From the NCBI RefSeq assembly GCF_964355755.1, contig NC_092678.1:9130422-9194421 (forward strand): a stretch of 64,000 nt of DNA, given 5' to 3'. Of the stretch, positions 1 to 11,900 are shown piece by piece. Source of the DNA: Antedon mediterranea (lineage: Eukaryota > Animalia > Echinodermata). The translations under genes and the position numbers were made by a program. Under the pieces are notes generated by a model. That model was not told the DNA's origin. It saw only the letters and a list, made by a program, of their open reading frames with translations, and searched no databases. How positions within the stretch are numbered: position 1 is the stretch's first letter; the number at the start of each line of letters is the position of its first letter.

Positions 1-782
1 CAATATGTATGGCAAACATTCAGAGAGAAACAAAAATGTTCACACTTGTACATATGCACAACAACAGATTGAAAAGCGTTTAAGAAGAGCTATTGCTACT
101 ATTTCTGCTGTAGTGCTAATGTTACTACTACTTTAGTATTTTCCAATATTCATTACAAATTCGGCCATCTACAGTAAGCCCTTAATTTGCATATTCAAAA
201 TGGCCCCCATCGAAAATTATAAAATGCATATACAAGCCCAACTTTAAAGTGGAGCTCCCACCCAGAAAATTTATATTTTTCATACATTTAAACTGTTATT
301 TAAAAATATCATCCCTCGTACTTCATATTTTGTAAAAATTGTTTTCAATATGTACGATTTTCTTGAAAACCCCGCCTTTTTACTATTTTTTTGTGGGGGG
401 AGGGGGAAAAATGAATAATATCTTAAAAATCTGTCAAAGTGGGATTTGGATTATTTGGGTCACTGGATATTTATTATTTTAATCAATTGCACAAAAATAC
501 TAAATGAGATAATTTTGTAATTATTTTTATGGTGTGTGATGGGAAAAACGTTGGTCTACGGTTGGGAGTAAAAAAAAAAGCTAATTCGCATATTAATGAT
601 GCCATGTGACGTCATTACAGCTATTTTGGCATTCCTGTTTTTTGTCAATTCAATGGCTTTCTCTCTGGATATTGATGAAGATATGTATAATAAATAATTA
701 TTTTTATCGTTTTATAAAAAATTGCATAAATCAAAGTTTTAGGTAAAAATTGTAGAAAAATGACATTTTCCAAAAAAATCTC

Positions 783-2277
783 TGTTGCTACAGTAAAGTT
801 AGTACTGTATTGTTAAACACCATGCGGTGTTTTTGGCTTAGTCAGCCGTAAACAATCATCTCAAAGGTCCTGTAAACACTCATCTCATTCAAAAAGGCAC
901 TCTTCTAATCATTCTGAACGATCCCGTAGTACTACATCAAGTGTAAGGAGAGATCATATAAGAATGTTGGAGAAAACCAAGGAGGCTGAATTGAAGGCTG
1001 AATTGGAGTACAGTACAATGGAACAATGGAGTTAAAGCATCATAAGTTTATGCTGGATCGTGATGCTACTATACAAAAGCTTGAGTTAGACAAGAGACGA
1101 CTAGAGCTTGAAACTGAAACTGCACATATGAAGCAACAAAAGGAATTAGTCAAGTGTCAGGCGAGATTAGATGTCTTGCGTGTTGGTGTGGACAGTGATG
1201 AATCACAGTCATTACCGAGTAGTGATGAAATGGAAGGCACTCCTTTTCACTTGCAAAGATTCCTAGATGGTTTGCCAGGAGCCGCCGAGACTGTTCATCC
1301 TATCATTTCCAAACAGCATTACGCAACCACAATGGCAAGTCATACTGGTTGATCCATCTTCACCTGAGCCACTAACACCTAACCATCTACTCACCATGAA
1401 ATCCAAGGTATTGCTTCCACCACCTGGGGTATTTCAATCTGCAGATCTACAGTATATTGTAGACGAAGATGGAAAAAGAGTGCAATACATGGCCAACCAA
1501 TTCTGGAGCCGATGGAGGAACGAATACAACGTTACAACCTCGAAAAACTTGGAACTGTACCAGACGCAATATGCATGTGGGTGACGTGGTCCTTATCAAA
1601 GATGATCAATGTACCAAGAAACAGTTGGAAACTTGGGTTGGTTGTAAACATCTTCACCGACGATGATGGTCTCGTTAGGAAAGTTAAGTTGCGTCACTAA
1701 AGAGGTTACTTGGAGCGGCCAATTCACAAGCTACGGCTACTCTTAGCTAACAACGATTTGGATGAATCTAGTAAATAGAGGTCCATCCCTGTCAGGGAGC
1801 CTTATAATTTTGTGTTATGACTAAAACAAATATGATTTTGAAATAATTTCACCATAAAACGTTTATTATTTATTATATTTTATTATTATTCTTTAAAAGT
1901 TTAAAATTGTATGTTTATGCCAGGATTTAGTATAAAAGTCATCCTGACAGGGAGCCATGTTGCTACAGTAAAGTTAGTACTGTATTGTTAAACACCATGC
2001 AGTGTTTTTGGCTTAATCAGCCGTAAAGTTTTTAATTTGCATTAACAAATGTGTCCACATAGATGCGAAATCTATGTTAGTAAGTTACTGTTTACCAGTT
2101 GGACAAGTGTTACAGTGTATAAAACAGTGTTAACGTTCGTACTGATGAATTGTTGTGTGTCTACTGCATTTTAGAAACAGCGACTACTACCAAATGTATT
2201 GCGTAACGGCAATAAAAATCTTTGTTATAGAAAAATTAACGATTATTTCAGATTTTTTTTACTTATTACGACGAACA
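783..2277 (+). mobile_element. Internally deleted BEL/Pao LTR retrotransposon
   Basis: 70-bp direct repeat starting TGTTGCTACAG at 783 and 1958, the second preceded by the PPT-like GACAGGGAGCCA. Gag-like coiled-coil ORF is joined to integrase C-terminus motifs PEPLTPNHLL, QYMANQFWSRWRNEY, VGDVVLIKD, DDDGLVRKV. The 3' end is approximate. Confidence 0.8.
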
Positions 2278-2767
2278 CGATATTTCCCTAACTGGAGGAT
2301 ATCATGGCCATAATTCACGAGTATTCTTGTCTTTTTATGACAAAAGGTGCACTTGAATATAAAAATCACAAAACCAGAGAAAATGTATTTTCAGTGGATG
2401 CATGTATTAAAAATACAAGTGTATTGGAGATAAATTTGTAAATACCTAGGCCTCTATAGCCTACCTAGACTACAGCTAGGCCTCTCTCTCTACCAGATCA
2501 AACAGGAACTGTTGTCAGGCGAAAATGACGCGCTATGATGCCCTTCCAAATTTGGATCCTTGTTCGTGATACCTAACCTGTTCAATCTTCACATGATTTG
2601 ACTTTCGACGCGTGGTGATTCATGTGTGATTATTCAGTGTGCATTGGCCTTTAGTAATATGCATACTAATTTTACAGGCAGCAGCTTAAAAAAAGGATAG
2701 ATATTAAGACTATTATGATAGTTGCTAGGCTGCAGGGCTTGATGAGGATAAATAGGTAGTTACTAAC

Positions 2768-2921
2768 CTTGCTAAAGATCTAAGTGTTGCATCAGTAATG
2801 TTGGTATAAGAGATGTTGAGGTATAACAGGATATGGCAACCTTCCGTAATCTCTCTCATAATGCCATCATTTAGTCCTTGACATTCTGATAGATTTAAAT
2901 CTTGTAGATTTCTACATTGAC
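2768..2921 (-). CDS. FBXL13: FBXL13 exon 11 (SQCRNLQDLNLSECQGLNDGIMREITEGCHILLYLNISYTNITDATLRSLA-R)
   Basis: TTCAG acceptor, GTTAGT donor, 154 nt; cysteine-containing LRRs. Confidence 0.93.
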
Positions 2922-5900
2922 CTGAATTAAAAAAATAAACTTGCTGGTAAACAGCATTAATAACGTATGATCATCGTATGCTAGCTATTGGACTGTAAAG
3001 GAATTTGGGGTTTATAATGATTTTTGGAATACAATGGGAGAAAATGTTACACAACACATTTTACTACTTGTAAAGTGCACAAGCCTATACATAACATGTT
3101 TTACATTGTTCTGTGCACGTAACCATGTTTATTAATTAGCGCACAAATCAACACAAATTTTCAAATTGTTCCAGACCACACAGATACAGTCAGTGTATTC
3201 AATGAATATTAATTCTATTGTTCAAAATTCATGGAAACTTTTTAAACTCAGCCAAAATGGCAATTAATTTCTATTGTAAAAGATTGCAAGTCATTAATAA
3301 AGCTTGGTTGCCACTAGGACGCAAAGTAAAACAATGATTTTGATTTATTTTGATGCCATATAAGAACAAAAACAGATTAAACCAAAACATTAAACAATCA
3401 ATAAACGCAATCATTTTGAATGGTACCGGAGATAGCCTTCTAAATCCTCAAAGATCAAAGTAATAATAAATTTTTTTAAATGCAGCATTTTCACTTACTG
3501 ATGGATAGGATGCTTGACTTCTGTAGACGATTACACCCCCTTAAATTTAAATGAAGTAAATATGGACGACACTTCTGTAGCAACAATCCAACAGATCGAT
3601 CTGTTACCCTAAAACAGTAGTTTGCTAATATTATAATTGTGAGCACAAATAGTTATTCTTTTACGTTTATTAGTTGTAGGGCAGCAGCATACAATACTTA
3701 AATGAAGGCATTTTGGTCTATTTTCCTTGTTGTTTTATTTCAAAATCTGGACCTGCCAATGATTAGTCACATTCCATTTAACTGTGTGCAAGTTTTTTAA
3801 ACTGTAGGCCTACACAAACAATGGAAATTAAAGTGATATTGGGAAAAATCAGTAGGGTTATGGACGAAGTCCCTTGCATTTCCAATAGATAAAGGGAAAA
3901 GAAAAAATGTCAATAACTTAAGGGCCAAATTTTGTATTGTATAATGTTTATTTCTAACAATAGTTAAAATAAATAACATGATAAAGTACATATTTTTCTA
4001 TTTTGTCAACAAAATGAAAATTACAGGAAACAAAACAAAAAGTTAAAAACTTATTGATCATCTCCCCCTTTGTTTTGAATCATTTTGTGTACAATTAAGT
4101 TAATATGTAAGGCAAAATACATACTGTATAATCAAGATTAGAGAGGAAATATCTTCTTATAGCCATTTCACACGTAGGCCAAATGTAACAAGTTTTAACA
4201 ATGATAATTTTGAGTTATTTGTACTGTGTTCACACAGAAGGTTCTCATCTCACTTCAAATTAAGTAATATTGTCAGTATATCACCTGGCAGTTTAGAATT
4301 TATTCTGTGCCTGTTCATTTATATATATTTCTATAAAATGTTCAATCTCTTATTCTTTTTATAATGTACTTATTTAGTTGACTGACTTCATTTTCAAATT
4401 AAACATCTTACCTATTCTTAACTGCAGACAAATCAACCTACAAAAATAACATAATATTAATAATGATAATATAATGATAATAATAATGTAATGTACAATA
4501 CATTTTTATGTAATCATTTGCATAACAAACAAAAAAAAGTAAAAGTGAATATCACATTGCCTAGCAAACTCCGAAGTTCACACACACATACCGGTGTACA
4601 CACCATAAAAAACATTACATGTGTGTTTACATGAATGCTAAATGTTTAATAATGGCACAAATGCATAAAAAACTTTACAAATTGTACGTACAATAAAGAG
4701 TAAATGAATAAAAATTAATGACACCCTCTAGATCTGCCTCTGTATTTCTCACAATTTTGGTTTAAAATAAACTTACTCGACTCCATAAAGAACAAGTTCC
4801 TATAATCATATTCCATGAACGGCAAACTAGAGAGCATTGGCTTAAGTCACTTAGATTCAGGTAGGAAAAAATCTGAAAATATAATATGATCAAGTGTCAT
4901 AAGAACCAATAACTTTTGTCCATCGTTAATTTTATGAGGTGAAATTCATCTTTTCCTGTATATTAATAACAACTATATTTAAAAACAGATGCAACACTTG
5001 AATCACCAGAATACCCGTTTGCTAAGGCTGCAACACTTGAATACCAGAATATCCGTTTGCTAAGGCGTAAACTTAAACGCTCTGTTTCTTTTTTTGTATT
5101 TGTCATTTCCTGTAAAAAACTTTAAAAGCATTTTTCTGAAAACACTGATTTGCAACAGCCAAAACTTTAGGCTGTGGTGTCTTTAGAAATCAAGATATTT
5201 TTTCAGAATTTTAAATCTTATAAAAAAAACCGAAAGTGCAGGTAAAACATGTTAGACAATAGTAATATTGAAAAACTAGCGGATGTTTGGAATTGTTATC
5301 AACGCAGAAGACATGGTGCCCATTTCTGAATCTGATATTGTAAAACTTTTAAAGAATATTAAAGCTAATAAAGCGGCTGGCCCAGACAACTCAAGTAGTA
5401 AACTACTAAAAGAGTGTGCTGCTCAATTGGGTTATTTTTTTTAAAAATTGTTTCAACGTTCCCTAAGAAAATATGCTATACCAGCAACTATTTGGAAACA
5501 CTCCCAGATTGTACTCATTCCTAAAAGAAGTAGTGTGAAAACACTTAATGATTACAGGCCTATTGCCCTAACATCAATTGTTATGAAATGCCTGGAGAAA
5601 TTAGTTAGTAATCACATTAAAGCATTTAAAGACATATCAGTTGGTGGACCCAATGCAGTTTGCATACAGGAGGAACAGAAGATGCTACATAACAGCCACA
5701 CTTATTCATAAGACATATCAGTTGGTGGACCCAATGCAGTTTGCATACAGGAGGAACAGAAGATGCTACATAACAGCCACACTTATTCATACAAACATCT
5801 CGACAAGAAACAACATTTTTAAACATCTCCTTGTCATTGACTTCAGTTCGGCTTTTAACACTTTACAACCTCATATCACTCTCTCTAAACTTATTAATAT

Positions 5901-8900
5901 GAACCTTTTAAACCCATCTATCATTCTCTGGATTAAGAATTTTGTAACTAATAGATCAGCAACTTAAATTTGTAAATTCTACATCAACAACTCTGTAACC
6001 ATTAACACAGGTTCACCCTAGGGCTGCGTTCTGTCTCCTCTGTTATTTATCCTGTACACAGCTCAATTATAACATATAACAAGATGTGCAATAGAGACTT
6101 ATAGACCTAATCAACCTATTCCATTTATATATTTTTTTTTTGTGTTTTGTACATATAGTATGTCATTGTCAAACCTAATTTTTTTAATGAATATTGGACA
6201 ATAAAAGTTTTGGAATTTTGAATTGAATTTTTCAGGTTTTATACCATAATTAATATTAATATCCATGTTATTGTTAATCAATTTGTTCTACTGCACGAAT
6301 ATAAAACATAGGTTAAAAACACACCTGCTTTCAACAAAGCACAATTTCTCCCAATTTTTTTGATAACAAAAAATATCTTGATAATGTATACAAATATATA
6401 TGCTGCTACTACAATTTCAATTTCACTTTATTTCCTCCTCCAATAGGAAAATATATTTTTAAAATATCTGATGGAATACAGTACTATAAAATGAATTAAA
6501 ATATCTCTTTTTCTGACTATTGCATGATCTCAGCAAGTTAAGTCTTTTTTATCTCAATTTATCATAGTATTCATTTAAAGGATGATTTGAATCTTCACAT
6601 ATTTTCGTAGCCTCAGTAACTATAATTTTGTTGGACTAGATGGTACGCTCGCTTCGCTCGCGTACCATCTAGGTCGTGCCCACAGATGGTTCTCGAATAC
6701 ACAGTAATTTCAGCGTTAAAAAACTGGCGATTTCAAATGTACAATAATGCAGGACAATATATGTCGTTTACAGGAACGATTAAATAGACACTGTGATTTA
6801 TGTACTCAACTAAAATTAGCACACTGGGAATTACTTCGGAAAGAGAAAGTTGTCACAAAATGAGACCAATTGTGTAAGTCAAATTTAAACAAACTTAATT
6901 TGTGTTTTGTATGTAACATTATGGTTGAGAGATGGGGAAGAGGATGGGTGCAAAGAGGAACAATTTTTAAATATATTCTTTATTTTGTAATGAAATATTA
7001 ATTAACATGTTTTACAAATAATATACTACTAAACACAGTAAAACATTGCGATGTAATACTTTGTTGAAACTATCACCGTCGTAGTCGAATGAAATAGTAC
7101 AGTACATGTAACGATACACTACGACGTATGTTTATATATAATGTTAAACAATTTGTGAAAACCACCTCTATTCGGGGCAAATCATAAATTTGATTTAATC
7201 GGTAATAAATATTAAATTACGGCGACTGAAAAAGCTCATTATCCGTTTAAAAAAAATTATATCCAACCTCTGCAGCACAGATTGAAAAAAAAAATGGATC
7301 GAATTTCTGTTATGAGTATACAGTACTTTCCTTTACGACGCCTGAGGGAATAGACACTTGTGGAACGACACAGAGATTGGAATGTTCCATTCATCGCAAA
7401 TCAATACATTTGTATAAACGTATATTAAATCTATCAAAATAGTATTTTTTTAAGAAAATCGGCCTGTCTTCAACATTATGATACTGTACTCGAGCTGTTC
7501 AACCGGTTTTCAGCTATTAAAAACAATTATCATAGGAGGAGATAGGAAAATGCGAAGCCTCCTCGCATTTTTGTGGCGGGTATTTTTCAAGACGGACATC
7601 CATTAGACAGTGTATAGGCCTACCACGATCGGAAAACACCCCTATCTGGGGCAAATCGTTGAACCTAAATTCGTTTTAATCGTCAATAACTAATTATCTA
7701 ACTCAATTTAATTAGTAAACAGGGTTATATCAGGTGGTTAAAATCAGTACCGAAAGTACGAACCAACTTTACATACCATCGAGTAAAAATTCTAAAAGTA
7801 AGGCGCGATTTACCGAATTTTGCCCTAACGTAAATTTATATAAGACTAGATGGTACGCTCGCTTCGCTCGCGTACCATCTAGGTCGTGCCCACAGATGGT
7901 TCTCGAATACATAATAATTTCAGCGTTAAAAAACTGACGATTTCAAATGTACGTACAATAATACATGTCGTTTACACAGGAACGAATACATATACACTGA
8001 TTTATGTACTCAACAAAAATTAGCACCCTGGGAATTACTTCCGAAAGAGAAACTTGTCAAAAAATGAGACCAATTGTCAAATTTAAACAAAGTTAATTTG
8101 TGTTTTGAAATAATAATGTAACATTAGGGTTGAGGGATGGGGAAGAGGATGGGTGCAAAGAGGAACAATTTTTAAATATATTCTTTATCCATTTAGTAAC
8201 AAAATATTAATTGTTTTCATGTTTTAAAAATAATATACCACTAAACACAGTAAAACATTGCGATGTAATACTTTGTTGAAACTATCAGTATCACTGTCCT
8301 AGTAGATTGAAATAGCAGTACATGTAACGATACATCACTACGACGTGTATGTTTATATAATGTAAAACAATTTGTGAAAACCACCTCTATTCGGGGAAAA
8401 TCATAAAGTCGATTTAATCGTCAATAAATATTAAGTTATCTAACTCAACTGAATTAGTAGGCCTAATGGTTTTCAATTGTTTCTTAGAGCCAAGTCATAC
8501 TTAAGTTGGTTTCTACCCTACCCACCAAAGTTGTTTTGCGTTTATGATGCACCGTAGGCATATCAAGCTCTATAATACGGGGCGCCGTTTGGGACATTGC
8601 TAATTTTGTCGAAATATTACAATTTTGTCTACACATAATTAATTTTGTCAATACAAAATTCATTTTGTCAACACAAAATTCATTTTGTATTGACAAAATT
8701 CATTTTGTGTTGACAAAATGTATTCTGTGTGGACAAAATTCATTTTGTCTCGACAAAATTAATTCTGTGTAAACAAAAGTCATTCTGTGTAGACAAAATT
8801 AATTTTGTGTAGACAAAATTCATTCTGTAACGACAAAAATCATTTTGTGGCGACAAAATTCATTCTGTAACGAAAATTCTGTGTAGACAAAATTCATTTT

Positions 8901-11900
8901 GTCGCGACAAAATGAATTTTGTTAGCCTAGCCTACTCAAGCGTGGGACAAAACGTTTTTTAAAACATTTTGTCCCACGCTTGAGTAGGCTCGGTTTTAAC
9001 ATTTAAATTAGAAGGCGGAGTTTAAACGTGAAAAGGGCAAGACAGGGTGAAGCTATAAATGATGACAGCGCGCGAATCTTTGACATTTGTTATTGGTTCA
9101 GTTATTATGGCTGAGCATGCCTCCGTCTCTATTGCTATCATATTAATCTATTTTATAATATCAGGGACCCCTGAAAATATCAGATATGATCAGTATTCAT
9201 ACTTTGACAATTTAATATCTACGTCGTCAGTAATAATTATTATTATAATGTATTCTATATTAAAAAATCGGAAAATGGTTTTTATAGAGCCCTGCTTATT
9301 ATACTTAAGTAAAATTGTAGTAATGGGGCTATTTAAAATTTTGTCGTTTAAAATATTATTTATTATTCTTATAAAATGTATATACTTTATTTTAAAATTA
9401 AAGATGTATTGTCTCCCAAAATCATGAAAAATAAAGATTTTTAAAATCGGACTTTGAATAGGTAGTGGGGAACCTAATGTTCCAAAAATCAGTTCCGTGA
9501 GATTTTAATGCTCAAGTTGAGTTCTTGGCAGTTTTGGAATCCTTGGGACCAGTAGAATTCATTGCAACTGGGGGCCAATTTTTTCCGACCCTATTTTGGC
9601 CGCCATCTTGGATTTCAAAATGGCCCCCATTTTTTACTCAAAACTGATAGTAGCTCCTATTTTAAACCACGTACGAACGTAATTTGTGTGATAAATCTTA
9701 CAATATTATGATAAATCAGTCCAATGGTAAAATTTATAACAATAGCATATGGCAGCCATATTGAATTCCAAGATGGCCGCCATTAAAAACGTATATAATG
9801 TATGCATTTCATAGTCAGGGTCCTCGTGTATTTCCGTAGGATTTTAATGCCCAAAGTGAGATTTCACTTCTTTAATATGGTGGTAGGATACCAAAAATGC
9901 TAGGTAACCAATTTTCACGATCCCGTAACCATGGTAACAGCCCCAAGATCAAAATGGCGCCCAATTGGCCCTATCTCCGTATCCCTTTGGTCTATCAACA
10001 AGATATTGGTATCAAAATACTCGGAGCGTATATATTTATATTCACTGTAATGGAACATTTTGACGAAATGTAATAGGAAATACTATTTTTCTGCACTATT
10101 GACCTTTGACCTTGATTTGCATTGTATCTAAAAAACGGCTGGTCATTGAAATTTTAAAATGGTCTCAAATTGCTGAGACCATACATATTTATATTTATTG
10201 TAATGCAACATTTTGTTAGAAAATGACCGGTAGTAAAGTTATTGACCTTTGACCTAATAAACATGAACTTGATGTATACAATAAGCATTTATCTATTTGA
10301 GAATGTATCGGTAATTATTTGTGGTAGGTATTAAACAATGGGTTTATACGTATTATTATCATTTGAATCTCTAATTTCTAATTCACATACTTAGTTTTTA
10401 TATATTTTATAAATATTAATCAATCAATACCATGTATTTATTGTGTCAGCATCCTCGTCCCATTCTTTCCATTAAGACAGTCAAAGGAGTGAGAGTGGTT
10501 GATTCTTAAACTTTGTACCTTTCCATTTTATTTCATAATGCTTGTTTTTCTTGAAACAATTTCATATATATAGGTTTCTAATACATTGAACTGCTGCCTG
10601 CCGGCCATACATTATTACGTGGTCGTAGATGATAATTTGTATGCTTGGTTCAGTTGCTTGATTAGACGTTCCTTCTTTGATGTTTCGATATAAGAAGTAA
10701 TCTTCCAATGCTAACATTGACTGCCATTTTGTAGTTATCGCCAAGCCAAGGAATCATTTTAGATTAGATAGAGTGAGATTGTTAGAAGGGACCAAGAGGT
10801 TTTGGATGTTTACAGCATTTTATGTTCTCTTCAAGCTACTAAATGTGTTTAGTTTCATTTTTTTCAAGGAGTCCACAACCAGACTTTGCTCACAAACTTC
10901 AAAAAGCTTTAACTCTTTTTTTATCATCTCTGTTTAAGATATATTTCTTGACTTCATTTGAAATTATTACTAAGACAATGTTTAAAAAAGGTGTTGATTT
11001 TGTTATGAATGTATTTTGATAAAATCTTGAAGGATTTGTGTGTTTTGTGTTAAAGAGTGAGTTCGATGGGAAATCCAGTTCGATTTCCTCATTTTGAGTA
11101 ATGCCGCCAACAAGACCACCAACCCATTTTAACTATGTTCCTTCTGTTCCTCTAGAGCCTGATCCGGGAAAAGAGCACTATTTAAATACAGATTTTTTTT
11201 CTTTACATTCAAATTAATTACATTCTTTTATTCTCTGTTATTTAGTCATCTACATCAAGCCAAGCTGGTTCATTATGTGAATTAGAAATTAGCTATTCAA
11301 ATGATAATAATATGTATAAATCCATTGTTTAATACCTACCACAAATAATTGCCGATTATTGTATACATCAAGTTCATGTTTATTAGGTCAAAGGTCAATA
11401 ACTTTACTTCCGGTCATTTTCTAACAAAATGTTGCATTACAATAAATATAAATATGTATGGTCTCAGCAATTTGAGACCATTTTTAAATTTCAATGACCA
11501 GCCGTTTTTTAGATACAATGCAAGTCAAGGTCAAAGGTCAATAGTGCAGAAAAATAGCATTTCCTATTACATTTCGTCAAAATGTTCCATTACAGTGAAT
11601 ATAAATATATACGCTCCGAGTATTTTGATACCAATATCTTGTTGATAGACCAAAGGGATACGGAGATAGGGCCAATTGGGCGCCATTTTGATCTTGGGGC
11701 TGTTACCATGGTTACGGGATCGTGAAAATTGGTTACCTAGCATTTTTGGTATCCTACCACCATATTAAAGAAGTGAAATCTCACTTTGGGCATTAAAATC
11801 CTACGGAAATACACGAGGACCCTGACTATAAAATGCATACATTATATACGTTTTTAATGGCGGCCATCTTGGAATTCAATATGGCTGCCATATGCTATTA

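Noticed and set aside
8610-8920. CRISPR or stand-alone satellite
   Set aside because: Contiguous 20-mers mirrored at 13490-13790; they are part of a TIR.
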